Notes: generated by a model not told the origin, from the sequence alone. 64,000 nt of DNA from Octopus vulgaris (GCA_951406725.2 OX597839.1:21514001-21578000), one strand, 5' to 3'; shown: positions 13,533 through 26,755, counted from the first letter of the stretch. A program made the numbers and translations.

Positions 13533-15159
13533 CAGGGTGCGTAAGATATTTGAGGACAGATTTATGTTTATAAAAAAACAGATATATAATAACAGGTAAC
13601 TTTATTTATCAACCCGGCAGATGCCAGGACCCCTGGACTGGAGATACGTAAAAAGCACTTTCCGAATCGTGGCCGACGCCAGCGCCGCCTCGACTGGCTC
13701 CCGTGTCGGTGGCACGTAAAAAGCACCATCTAAATTGTGGCCGAAGCCAGTGCCGCCTCGACTGGCTTCCGTGCAGGTGGCACGTAAAATGCACCAATCC
13801 GACCGTGGCCGATGCCAGCCTCGCCTGGCTCCAGTGCAGGTGGCACGTAAAAAGCACCCACTACACTCACAGAGTGGTTGGCGTTAGGAAGGGCATCCAG
13901 CTGTAGAAACATTGCCAGATAAGACTGGAGCTTGGTGCAGCCTTCTGGCTTCCCAGATCCCCGGTCGAACCGTCCAACCCATGCTAGCATGGAGAACGGA
14001 TGTTAAACGATGATGATGATGATGATGAATGCTATGAGGATAGAAATAAACCTTCTTTTCTATAATGTTATTCAATAAAGCCACCTTCAGCTTCAACAAC
14101 TGCTTCTATATGAAATATACATCATCTACATGCTCAAATCAAGTGGTCCTGGTTCATTTTGGACATTACTCTGACAATAGCAGCTTTTAAAGAATCTTTG
14201 GTGTTATGGGCGTGTTCATTGACCTCTCTCTGAACAATGCTCCACGTGTAATGGATTGAGATCTGGGGAATTAGGAGGCCAAATGTTAGGGGTTACGTGA
14301 TCATGAAAATTTTCAGCCATCTATTCGTGTTACTAGAGCCATGTGTGATTGTGCAGAATCTTACTGAAACACATATGGCCTTCCATTGCATACACTGTCT
14401 ATCCAGGGCTTAACAATTATTTCCAAGGACTCAATGTAGGAGGCAGAGTTAACTCCAAGACCTTGTGGAAAGAAGTAAGGAGGCATCACATGTTCTTCAT
14501 TGCTGACAACCCCTAAAACCATGACAGCTGCAGGAAATTTTGTATGCATAACACTTGGAACTTCAGAAGGGCCTACACATAACCATCTATCATTTCTTGT
14601 GTTAACTTTTTGATCTTGGTCAAAGTTTTTCTCATTTGAAAAAAAAACCAAATCAAATCTTCTTCTGCAGGATTTTTCAGTTTGTTTAAGAGCCTTTTGG
14701 GGTCTGATGTAGTGAGTTTCCTTTGCTTTTTCTGACAAATTGACCTTTCCTCATCATATAAGACTTATATCTGAAGTCTTCGGGGACAACATTTCTGACT
14801 GTTTTCTGGGATTGTAATCAATGTTAAACTTGTAGTCTGTTGAACTTGGTGGATAAATTCAGGTGTTCTGATGTTTTCAGAGAGTTTAGAATGCTTTTTA
14901 TGCTTTGATATTGGTGATACGTTGCCATCTTCAGTCTCTAGCTCCTTACAAACTTTGTAGATGAAAGATCTGGCAACTTTTAAAAATTGAGATATCTCTA
15001 AATCGCTATGCTCAGTCTTTATAACCACAATAAGAGCATGGGACTTCATTTCTTGAGGGTCTGCCATAATTACTTTCTGAAACAAAGATTATACAGAGTT
15101 ATCAAAAATTGCAGCAATGACTCAGAAAAGGTATGTTCTCAAATACTTTATGCACCCTG
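13533..15159 (-). mobile_element. Decayed Tc1/mariner-superfamily transposon (probably maT/DD37D-like), interrupted by a retroposon
   Basis: TIRs cagggtgcgtaagatatttgaggaca / tgttctcaaatactttatgcaccctg with TA flanks; fragments FFSNEKNF, KFPAAVMVLGVVS, YVFQ*DSA, WPPNSPDLNP. Confidence 0.85.
13612..14028 (+). mobile_element. Retroposon family C with (GAT)n tail; other copies ~50872-51195(-), 52840-53128(+), 58352-58662(+), 63170-63390(+), 17955-18125(-), 27690-27850(-)
   Basis: Repeated ggtggcacgtaaaaagcacc, ggttggcgttaggaagggcatccagc, ends acgttaaacgatgatgat. Confidence 0.75.
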
Positions 15160-15163
15160 TAGA

Positions 15164-15214
<51 letters not shown>

Positions 15215-15607
15215 TATATACACATATATATATATATACACACACATATATATATATATACATATATATATGTATGTATGTATCACGTAATCGCCCAGAT
15301 TATCAGATGTTGTTATATATCACTGGTCACAATGAGCTTTCCATCATTGAATGATGCCATCCCATCGGCCAGACGGACAGGCCAACATTCCACCCTGAAC
15401 GGAAGGCGAGACGATTGCGGAGGTTACCCATTTACAGCTGAACAGACTGGAACAATATAAAATGAAGTATTTTGCTCAAAAACACCACATACCATCCGAC
15501 CTGGAAATTGAAACTGTGATCCGGTGATCACAAGTGCAACACCCTAACTACAAGGTCAAGTGCCTTCATATATAAATATATACATATATATATATATATA
15601 TATTTAT

Positions 15608-17486
15608 ATATAATCAAAATAAGCAACAAGAATGACTCTGGTAATTTGGTATGATTGTTTCGTACTACATCATTTTATTAAATGTTGTAAGTATTACAAC
15701 AGTTTTCAAATGCTGACCACTCATCAGCCAATTATAGATGTTTTCCATTAATACAAAAATTTTCATATCAAGTGGCAACGTTATAGAGAAGGTAGATACA
15801 TAGACAAAGTTGTGGATTGATATAGTAAGAAGAGCGAAACCTTATAGAAATAGTAGGGATGGTTGTCAACTTTGTTCTATGGAAACTTATGAAATTTTGA
15901 AACATCAGAGTAATACAAATCTGTTGAATAACCATTTGGAGCTGGGAGTATCTTGTATACATCATACGACCCGAACGTTTAAATACTTTAAATAATAATT
16001 TTGTGAATATTCCTATATTTTTTCAAATTTTCATTCTTTACAACCAAATAAGAAGGAATATACCATACTGGCTTTCAATTTAACATTCATAGATGACTAA
16101 AAAAACTTCACTGCAAACTTTAAATTGAATTCTTTTTTCTAAAATTAAACTGTATGAATCTAAATGGTTGGAATCCTAAATAGTATGAATCCCAAATAGT
16201 AGGAATACTAAATAGTATGAATCTTATGTCCCTAAAGAAACTAATCAGTTCACCTTGATTATCTCAATATATAATTAGTCTAAGATATCTTTACAAAATA
16301 TATTTAACCAAATAGGAACGAATATACCATACTGATTTTAGTTTAACACTCATAAATGATTAAAAAACTTCATTGCAAACTTAGAATTAAATTCTTCTTT
16401 TTAATGTTCTCCAATACTAAGTAGTATTAATCCTATGTCCCTAAGGAAACTATTTGGTTCATCTTGATTATCTCACTCCCATTTCTTAATATATAATTAA
16501 CCTAAGATATTTTTACCTAACTAATCAACTTTTATCCACAGGTAGTAATTTTATTCCCAATAGATCCCATTTTTTAATTCATTAATATCAACTCACTATC
16601 AATGAAATCTGAATAATTTACTCTTCTAAATTACCTCTCTTCATATAATAAAATATCACCTTCTACTAAACCTATGAATATCTTCCTTCTTTGATTTTCC
16701 CTCTTCCATCTTTCTTAGTATATATTTCGACCCCTAATATGTTCACTTGATTAATAAGGCTTTTCCCCCAGTTAATAAGTACTAAGTTGTCCTTTTCTCC
16801 AAATTGAATAAATTTTAGATTTATATTTTTTTCCTTTATTCTAACGTGTCAAAGTACTTGGAACTTATAGACCAACTGTTGTGATGATGTGCATAGGGTT
16901 TGTAAGGTCTCTGTATTCTCTGTGAATGTTATTGTGACCACTTGACATTGACCTAGTTCTCCTAACGCTGAATCTGTTCATCAAATAGTAGTAATTGGCA
17001 TTTAGTAGTGACAATGCTGTCTTCTACATAAATTCCTTATATGGAGCTCTGACATCCCCTTTACCCCATTTCTATAATTAGAAAATCTTTATTGCCTCTT
17101 TCCACTTATTCTTCCCTCTCAGAATCTTACAATAGTCTGGAGCAACTGAATCTTAGTCAGTCAGTTGATGGGCTCCACTACCTCAAATGTTCTTAAAATT
17201 CAAATCCACATCTTTGTCTATATATCTACCTTCTCTATAATGTTGCCACTTGATATGAAAATTTTTGTATTAATGGAAAACCTCTATAATTGGCTGATGA
17301 GTGCTCAGCATTTGAAAACTGTTGTAATACTTACAATAAAATGATGTAGTACGAAACGATCGTACCAAATTACCGGAGTCATTCTTATTGCTTATTTTGA
17401 TTATAATCACCCAACGGATTTTTATGGATAACACCATACAGAATTCTGGTGCATCTAAATTAAGTACCATATTCATTTGAATCTAA

Positions 17487-17490
<4 letters not shown>
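15608..17490. mobile_element. Penelope-like element remnant with inverted pseudo-LTRs and endonuclease C-terminal fragment
   Basis: ~210-bp inverted arms (~15608-15818 / ~17203-17405) containing CTGATGA-stem-GAAA; ORF 15810-15995 IVRRAKPYRNSRDGCQLCSMETYEILKHQSNTNLLNNHLELGVSCIH fits the CxLC-E-LLN-EL-CxH end of PLE GIY-YIG domains; (TA)n flanks. Confidence 0.7.
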
Positions 17491-17523
<33 letters not shown>

Positions 17524-18149
17524 CATGCACATATGTATGTATATATATATACATACACATACATATACAAACTTGTTTAAAAAGTTCATTAAATAAAAAA
17601 CAAATAAAAAACAACCAAAAAATTAAGAAAATATTAAATAAAAACACAAAACATTAAGACATTGTGGGGCATTGGGGAGGAGATGCAAAAATATAACATA
17701 ACAGGAACCCCCCCCCCCCATTAATTGATATGCTTTAAATAATTGTTTCCAACTGATTCTAGGCTCAGGGATGGATGTGTGGTAAGAGGCTTGCTTACCA
17801 ACCACATGGCACCGGGTTCAGTCCCATTGCATGGCACTTTGTGCAAGTGTCTTCTACTATAGCTTCAGACCGACCAACGCCTTGTAAGTGGATTTAGTAG
17901 ATGGAAACTGAAAGAAGCCCATCATATATATGTGTGGATATATATTATCATTACCATCATCATCATCATTTAATGTCCGTTGTTCATGCTGGCATGGATT
18001 GGACGGTCTGACCAGGGCTGGTAAGCTGTAAGGCTGCACCAGACTCCAGTCTGATTTGGCATGGTTTTCTATGGCTGGATGTCCTTCCTAACACCAACCA
18101 CTCCAAGAGTGTAATGGGTGCCATTTGCGTGACATGCACACATATTTAT

Positions 18150-18189
<40 letters not shown>

Positions 18190-19014
18190 AGAGAGAGAGA
18201 GAGAGAGAGGAGAATGAAATGGATATAATAACAATGTGAAACTTGTGGTTTTCACTGGTATGCTTTTAATTAGATAACAAAGAAGGGAGAAGCAGAGATG
18301 AAGGTAGCATTTACTGGTTAAACAAAATTTTAATATTTTTACCTTTTACTCAATTTACCTGGATTTACTTGTAATTAAAGTCACTTTGAGACAAAAGTTA
18401 TGCAATAGAATTGATTAAGAACCCTTTCTTTAATTATGTTCCAAATATCACATTAATATGTTCATAAGTAAAAAAGTTACAGTTATTTAATGAGACAAGC
18501 CTAGATTTATGATTATTTTAGAATTTAATTGAAACTCATGAGGGGCCACACAATGGGACTGAACCTAGAACCATGTGGTTGGGAAACAAGCTTCTTACCA
18601 CACAACCACACCTGGGTCAATATACCCACATATATATATTTATGTATATATGTTCTTATACATAAAAAACATCTATATTTTTCCAGAAAAACAAATGAAA
18701 ATGAAAAAAAAAAAAACATGAAGCCAAGGATAATAAATGGTGTTGGAAAAAGGGTGGATGGTGCTGGAACAGGGTGGATGGTGCTAAGGGTGGTGTATCA
18801 AATACCAAGTAGAAAAACACAATGATTATTAATAAAAGAAAATCAACGAAATGGTTAGTTAATGAGAGCAGCAACAGCAGCAACAGCAGCAGCAATGAGT
18901 TAGTTTGTTTGTTTTTTTTTTTGTATGTGATGGGGGGTGGGGGATAAACAACCAAGAAAAATCAAATAAAACCAAAAAAGAAAAAAAGAAAAACAAGCAA
19001 ATTCAAGAAGCAAC

Positions 19015-19547
<533 letters not shown>

Positions 19548-20697
19548 CCAGTGTTGGCGTTCTTGTCAATATTTTTACCTGTAATGTAGTGACATTGGCC
19601 CAGGTGAACCACTGATAAAAGGAGAGAAAGAAAAAGAAAACAAGAAATGTAACAATGGCATCAAATTTTGGCACAAAGCCAGCAATTTCAGTGGAGGGCA
19701 TGGCTGGAAAATTTGCTGCAATAAATGTCAGTGTATAGGAAAATTCACCATGAGTACAATGATAAAGCACACCATATTCACATTCATTCCTACGTTTACT
19801 TGTTTCAGTCATTAGACTGTGGCCATGCTGGAGCTCTGCCTTGAATCTTAGTCAAATGAATTGACCCTAACACTTTAAAAAAAAAAAAAAGCCTGGTGCT
19901 TATTACATTGGTGTTTTTTTGCCAAACTGCTAAGTTACAGGAATGTAAACAAACCAATACCAGTTGTCAAGTGGTGGTGAGGGACAAACACATACACACA
20001 CACACATGATGGGCTTAATTTCCGTTTCCATCTACCAAATCCATTCACAAGGCTTTTGGCAAACAAAGGCTATAATAGAAGACACTTGCCCAAGGTGCCA
20101 CACAGTGGGACTGAACCCAGGACCATGTGGTTGGGAAGCAAACTTCTTACCACACAGCCATGCCTGTGCCACAACGGGCTTCACATGGTTTTGGTTGGCC
20201 CAAGACTATAGTAGAAAACAGTTGCCCAAGGTGCCACACAGTGGGACTGAACCCAGGACCATGTGGTTGGGAAGCAAACTTCTAACCACACAGCCATGCC
20301 TGTGCCGCGATATATATATATATATACAACGGGCTTCACATGGTTTTGGTTGGCTCAAGACTATAGTAGAAAACAGTTGCCCAAGGTGCCACACAGTGGG
20401 ACTGAACCTGGAACCATGTGGTTGGGAAGCAAGCTTCTTACCATACAGTCTTTTTAAAATAAAATTTAAAAAATGATAAAAAGCTTTCATAAAAAGCCTA
20501 AAATAAGCAGATCTTTATTCAATGTCAAACATTAAAAGCAACTTGAGAAGGTCATTTAAAACGAAATTTCTTCTGGGGAATTTTCTAATTGCAAAAATGT
20601 TTCTGGTGAAATTTCCTACAACCTTTTTGGAAGAAGTAGGTAAGTCAATTATAATGAACCCCAGTATTCAACTGGTACTTATTGTATTGACCCTTAA

Positions 20698-20916
20698 CCC
20701 TTTAGTGTTCAGATTATTCTATCAAACATAATGCTTATTGATTCACATTGATTTGAATTAATCATGCATTATCTCATATCTTCAAGATCTTGATGGTGTA
20801 ATTACTTAATGTAGAATAACATTGTTGGGTAGGTGTGAGAGCCTTGATCTGGTCAGTTTGAACATAAAACAGATTAAATATTTTGGCCGGATATGGCCAG
20901 TTTAAATACTAAAGGG
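20698..20916. mobile_element. piggyBac-type MITE (second family), inserted in a family-B SINE
   Basis: TTAA-ccctttagtgtt ... aatactaaaggg-TTAA; host SINE reads ttgaccc[ttaa]aggatgaaagg across it. Confidence 0.8.
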
Positions 20917-21775
20917 TTAAAGGATGAAAGGTAAAGTGAAACTTGGTAGAATCTGAACTCAGAACATAAAGAACTGGACGAAATTCTGCCAAGCCTTTTG
21001 CCCGGCGTGTTAATGTTTTTGCCAGTTCACCGCATTACCACGAGATGTAATGATAAGAGACAGACATGTGAGGGAGTGAGTGGCACAGGGGGAGGCAGGG
21101 AAAAATGCGTGGTGACACGGGGGTGGGTATAGAGTGGTTTGTTGTGGTGTGGGAATAGAGAAGCAGGAATGAAATAGCGGTAGGGAGTGGTGGGTAGGCA
21201 GGGTGCTGAATGGCACAGTGTGATGCTGGGGGAGGTGTATAAAGTCGACTGTGACACCGAGTCATCCATAATGACATGGAGGAGTGGCAAGGAGGGAGGA
21301 AGGAATGGTATGTTACCAAATGATGGGAGGGGGAACTGAAATCATTTAGTGATGCGGTCGTGTGACACAGATGTAACACAAAAGCAGTGGTAGGAAGGGG
21401 TGTGTCACACAATGGAGGGGGGAAAAGGGATAACAGGATAATGATACACTACAGCAGAGAGGTTACATGACACAGTGTGACAGAGTGTCACAGACCTTAT
21501 GTGACACGATGTCTTGTAGATAGGACATGTGACACAGAAGAGGCGACAGCAAAGTCAATAGATAACATCACACAAGAGGGAAAGAGTTGACATGAAGTTG
21601 CGTAAGAAAGGAAACAGAGATATGGTAAGGTGGAATGGCAAGAGAGAAGGGAGAACATCGAGGGAGAGAGAGAGAGAAGGGAGAAAATTGGTGAAAAAAA
21701 AAAGCTTCCAACATGGCAGGTTACAACACTGAAATAACACAAATTTGCAGAAAGCATAAAATCATATCAAACAGA

Positions 21776-21832
<57 letters not shown>

Positions 21833-21835
<3 letters not shown>

Positions 21836-22114
21836 AAAAAGGAGATGTGGAACACGAGTTGTGATATATAAAAAAAAGGAAATGAAGAAAATGCTGACAA
21901 AATAATTTAAGTAAGGGAGAGTGTATTTAATTAGGTGAAAGTTCTTTTTACTCGGTTGCGCATTTGTTATGCTTATCAGAAAGAACTCTATCTTTTAAAG
22001 AGATAGAGTTCTTTCTGATAGATTTTTTCTCTTAGAAAAGAACTTTCACCTAATTAAATACACTCTCCCTAACTTAAATTAGTTTGTCAGCATTTTCTTC
22101 ATTTCCTTTTATTT

Positions 22115-22120
<6 letters not shown>
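21833..22120. repeat. (TA)n-flanked nested inverted repeat element
   Basis: Outer arms ~21874-21948 / ~22036-22110; inner 20-bp arms tatcagaaagaactctatct...agatagagttctttctgata (21974-22020). Confidence 0.7.
21941..21986 (-). ncRNA. Degenerate hammerhead-like motif
   Basis: GUUCUUU-CUGAUAA-GCAU(AACAA)AUGC-GCAA-CCGAG-UA-AAAAGAAC; helices present but two core substitutions. Confidence 0.3.
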
Positions 22121-22167
<47 letters not shown>

Positions 22168-22354
22168 ATATATAAGTATAAATGTATATCACACAGACAC
22201 ACACACACACTTATACCTTTATAGGCAAAACATACACGCAACATCTGAATGTGTGGGTGATGAAGATTACATCTCACCAATGTACTAAAGGTGTAAAAAT
22301 GCATCAAACAATAGACTTGAAAGAATGTCCTTCGTTCCATTTTCTATCTATGCA

Positions 22355-22812
22355 TGTGTGTGTGTGTGTGTGTGTGTGAGTGTGCTTCTGTGCATGTGTG
22401 TGTGAGTGTGCCTCTGTGTGTGTGTGTGTGAGTGTGCCTCTGTGTGTGTGTATGTGTATGTGTGTGAGTGTGCCTCTGTGTGTGTGTGTGAGTGTGCCTC
22501 TGTGTGTGTGTGTGCCTTTGTGTGTGTGTGTGTGAGTGTGACTGTGTGTGTGTGTGTGCCTCTGTGTGTGTGTGTGTGTGTGAGTGTGCTTCTGTGTGTG
22601 TGTGTGCCTCTGTGTGTGTGTGTGTGAGTGTGCCTCTGTGTGTGTGTGTGTGTGTGAGTGTGCCTCTGTGTGTGTGTGTGTGTATTATTATGTGTGTGTG
22701 TGTGTGTGAGTGTGCCTCTGTGTGTGTGTGTGTGTGAGTGTGCCTCTGTGTGTGTGTGTGTGTGGGTGTGCCTCTGTGTGTGTGTGCCTGTGTGTGCGTG
22801 TGTGTGTGTGTA
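22355..22812. repeat. (TG)n-derived minisatellite, unit GAGTGTGCCTCT(GT)n
   Basis: Direct inspection. Confidence 0.9.
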
Positions 22813-23045
22813 TTATTGTGTTGTAATAAAAGCAATTTTCACATCAATCGGACGGGTGACTCTGTACTTTTGCAGAGTACAAATGGATTCTTCTTCAACA
22901 AGAAGATTAATGACAGCTACAAATGGTCTTTGAGTCTCCTGGACTCTCCACTCAGAGGGACTGCCACGTTAGTGGATGCACATTTACATAAGGTGAATAC
23001 ACACACATATGCGGACTCATAAAACACACACACACACATGCTAAT

Positions 23046-23090
<45 letters not shown>

Positions 23091-23324
23091 ACATGTGCAT
23101 GTGTATTGCTCTGTGCATAAACACACAAGGATTAGTTGGTGATCGCACACGCATAATATATGCAGAGACAAAGTGATAAAAATATACACATATACACATA
23201 CATATAGACATACACACACACACACACTCACACGCGTGCGCGTGTGCGTATGGATAGAGAGAGAAAGGATGACAAAACGAGCAAAAGGAACTTTTGAAGA
23301 ATTCATCCAAAATGGTTTACTTAC

Positions 23325-23423
23325 TCTGCTTCCCATCCCAGAATCGGAATGGCCACTGAACGGTCTGTTGAGGAAGTGCGGAGAATTAGGAACTGGTCGG
23401 CCTTCAGACACACATCTCATTCC
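23325..23423 (-). CDS. Coding exon completing the PH C-terminal helix, Ser-rich linker
   Basis: Acceptor aattcttttgcAG, donor AGA|gtaagt; 99 nt, phase 0-0; GMRCVSEGRPVPNSPHFLNRPFSGHSDSGMGSR. Confidence 0.85.
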
Positions 23424-23514
23424 CTGCAAAAGAATTCATCAAACAATATTCAAAAAAATTAACCAAAACTCTGAAACAATTCCATCAGCAGACATTTGCA
23501 ATTTTAGTCTCTCT

Positions 23515-23579
<65 letters not shown>

Positions 23580-23640
23580 ATACTTCAGAGACATGACAGA
23601 CTCGACACACTGCCATAAAACACTTAGAATAAGCATGGAT

Positions 23641-23876
23641 ACCTATTTCTTTATTACCCACAAGGGGCTAAACATAGAGGGGACAAACATGGACAGACAT
23701 AGGTATTAAGTTGATTACATCGACCCCAGTGTGTAACTGGTACTTAATTTATCAACCCCGAAAGGATGAAAAGCAAAGTCGACCTCGGCGGAATTTGAAC
23801 TCAGAACGTAACGGCAGGCGAAATACCGCTAAGCATTTCGCCCGACGTGCTAACGATTCTGCCAGCTTGCCGCCTT
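23641..23876 (-). mobile_element. tRNA-derived SINE family B (Meta-domain-like core) with 15-bp TSD; further copies at ~3137, 27865, 32835(+), 41385, 50170(+), 52020(+)
   Basis: Core gcctttcatcctttcggggtcgataaattaagtaccag; tail agccccttgtgggtaataaagaaatagg; TSD tagaataagcatgga on both sides. Confidence 0.8.
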
Positions 23877-24142
23877 TCATAGAATAAGCATGGAAACCAT
23901 TCTCTCAACTACCTGGGTGCTTCTCTACAAGCAGCTGATTAGTCTTACTAACAAGGGTTCAGTCCCACTGCATGGCACCTTGGGAAAGTGTCTTCCGGTT
24001 GTAGCTCACTGTTTAATAACTCTCAGCCTCATCCGCTTCCCCCATTCCTTTACCAAATGATGTCCAAGACGCTTTCTTTCTATCTCATTTTCCCATTCCT
24101 GGTTTCATTTCGCCGTTAATACCTTAAATGTTTATTTACTAT

Positions 24143-24483
24143 AGGTGCAGGAGTGGCTGTGTGGTAAGTAGCTTGCTAACCAACCACATGGTTCCGGGTT
24201 CAGTCCCACTGCGTGGAATCTTGGGCAAGTGTCTTCTGCTATAGCCCCGGGCCGACCAATGCCTTGTGAGTGGATTTGGTAGACGGAAACTGAAAGAAGC
24301 CTGTCGTATATATGTATATATATATATAAGTGTGTGTGTATATGTTTGTGTGTCTGTGTTTGTCCCCCTAGCATTGCTTGACAACCGATGCTGGTGTGTT
24401 TACATCGACTAAAGGCGGTGCTCCAGCATGGCCGCAGTCAAATGACTGAAACAAGTAAAAAGAGTAAAAAGAGTAAAAGAGTA
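24143..24483 (+). mobile_element. SINE family A, internally deleted
   Basis: Head and tail present; central segment missing after gtgtttacatc. Confidence 0.8.
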
Positions 24484-25049
24484 ATCAGCTTGTTGTTGTT
24501 GTTGTTGTTTCTTCTTCCATGAGCTAACCATTGGCAATGACCCCCTCAACAGATAATTTTAATTCCATCTCTTAGAATTTCGTTAAGTAAATTACTCGTT
24601 CTCCCACTGGTTCAACCATTTCTATTACAATATCGTCCCTAAGCAAACTTGATTGTTCGCGGTGCACCCACCCCCACCAGTACCGGATATTGTGTTTGTC
24701 CCACCATCTCCACCGGATATCCCTTCTCCCACCACTATAACAGTTGTCTATTCTCACACATGCTTCAGGGGCTCTCTTATGTTCTCTTCTGTCCAGAAAT
24801 TTGTTACCACCCCCTAAGTTATCTCTTTTCGCAATTCCTCCTCCTTCACTGGTGCTGCTCCCTGTATTCCTGCACTCTCTCTTATTCTCTCTCTATTCCT
24901 CTCCCCTTCTCTTTCTTCATCTCCCTCCCCTGGCCTTATGAAGTGAAGTGAGGCAGAAAGCTATTAGGCTGCTCATATGTACCTATTTCTGAGTGTGGGT
25001 GTGCTTGTGTATATATAGGAATGGGCCTGTTTCCCCCATCTGAACCCTG

Positions 25050-25288
25050 ACTGGTATCTACTGGGTCAACATTTGGCAGGCTCTCCTTCCATTCATTCTC
25101 CACATTCAGCAGTCTTTCATAGTGGCTTCTCCAAGCCTCTTTCTTTTCAGAATCAGTAGAAGCAAGTGCCCCATCATCCATTCGAACAGGGAGAAAGTCT
25201 GCTTAGATGAGATGCAGTTCGGTTTTGTGCCAGGTTGAAGTACCACTGATGCCATATTCCTGGTTCAACAACTGCAGGAGAAATACCT
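25050..25288. mobile_element. Two RTE-type LINE fragments joined in opposite orientation
   Basis: Minus strand DSEKKEAWRSHYERLLNVENEW (25050-25181); plus strand LDEMQFGFVPG*STTDAIFLVQQLQEKYLAK (25203-25278). Confidence 0.7.
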
Positions 25289-25295
25289 AGCTAAA

Positions 25296-25620
25296 GATAA
25301 ACCCCAATACTCATGCGTGGCATCTTGGGCAAGTGTCTTCTGCTATAGCCCCGGGCCGACCAATGCCTTGTGAGTGGATTTGGTAGACGGAAACTGAAAG
25401 AAGCCTGTCGTATATATGTATATATATGTATATGTGTGTGTGTTTGTGTGTCTGTGTTTGCCCCCCTAGCATTGCTTGACAACCGATGCTGGTGTGTTTA
25501 CGTCCCCGTCACTTAGCGGTTCGGCAAAAAGAGACCGATAGAATAAGTACTAAAAGGTGGTGCTCCAGCATGGCCGCAGTCAAATGACTGAAACAAGTAA
25601 AAGAGTAAAAGAGAGAGAGT
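25296..25620 (+). mobile_element. SINE family A, 5'-truncated
   Basis: Starts at tgcgtggcatcttgggcaag, ends in the aagagtaaaagag tail. Confidence 0.8.
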
Positions 25621-25883
25621 AATGTGAATAAATATGCATTTCATCTGAGAGAGGAAGAGTAAAGAGTGAAGACTCCTCTCGGTCTTTGAATGACCACGAG
25701 AAGACACTAAGCTAACAACAGTGATTGGTAGGTTTCTATAATAAAAGACTGTGAGGGGGGGGGAAGTAAATGGTAAAAGTTGGGTGCTTGGTACATCATC
25801 CCACTCCTCACCCTTGCATTTTCACAGCAGCAGGAGAAACATGGAATCAGAACTGAAGAGTGTCCCAGGAGGAATCGACTTAC

Positions 25884-26238
25884 CTCAGTCCAGATGAGAG
25901 CCCAGTCCCGGTAATCGACGGAGAAATGGAGCGTGTCAGAGGTGGGGTGCACCAGCTTCAGTTCATATCCATGACGACTGTCACGGTCAATAAAGTTGAC
26001 AGAGTAGCCAGTCAGGTTAACGACGACACAAGGTCGAAGATCCTGCTCTGATTTGTAACACATGAGACGTCCAGCGCTGATCACAACAAAACGCTTGCTC
26101 CACGTCAGCTTCTTCTTGAGGTACAACTCCCCCGAGATGACAATGTCTTCGAGGCTCTTCACGGGTTGAACAAGTTCCAACTGAGAGGACGAATGAGTTT
26201 TGCGGCTGTGTTTAATTTTCTTTATTTTCTTCAGATTT
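25884..26238 (-). CDS. Coding exon: pleckstrin homology (PH) domain, AFAP1 PH1-like
   Basis: Acceptor ttaatttctttcAG, donor GAG|gtaagt; 355 nt, phase 2-0; KNLKKIKKIKHSRK...ISGELYLKKKLTWSKRFVVISAGRLMCYKSEQD...LHFSVDYRDWALIWTE; typical PH strand pattern and terminal-helix Trp. Confidence 0.92.
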
Positions 26239-26344
26239 CTGAAAGAAATTAAAGCGAGAGAATAAGCTGGAAGAGACGAAGGTAAGCATGGAAAAAAAAA
26301 ATGGAAGAAAGAAAAATGATAAAAAGGAAAGAAAAAAGATACAT

Positions 26345-26496
26345 TTTTAGTCGGGCAAATCGACCCAGGGACTTATTCTTTGTAAGCCCAGTACTTATTC
26401 TATCGGTCTCTTTTGCCGAACCGCTAAGTGACGGGGACGTAAACACACCAGCATCGGTGGTCAAGCAATGCTAGGGGGACAAACACAGACACACAA

Positions 26497-26545
<49 letters not shown>

Positions 26546-26565
26546 TACGACAGGCTTCTTTCAGT
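26345..26565 (-). mobile_element. SINE family A, partial
   Basis: tttagtcgggcaaatcgacc...acgacaggcttctttcagtt. Confidence 0.8.
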
Positions 26566-26755
26566 TAAATCCTTCCTTCCTCAAAGACTGTTTCTTTGGA
26601 TTTCAGGCATTTAATTGTCTGTCAGTTCAATGTTTGATTCCAGCCAAACATGGCGCTGTTACATGCTTGCATTACAGGCTGTGAAGGAGCATGGCTTAAT
26701 GGTTGGCCTATTCAGCTCATGATCACAAGGTCATAAGTTCAATTCCCAGTGATAT

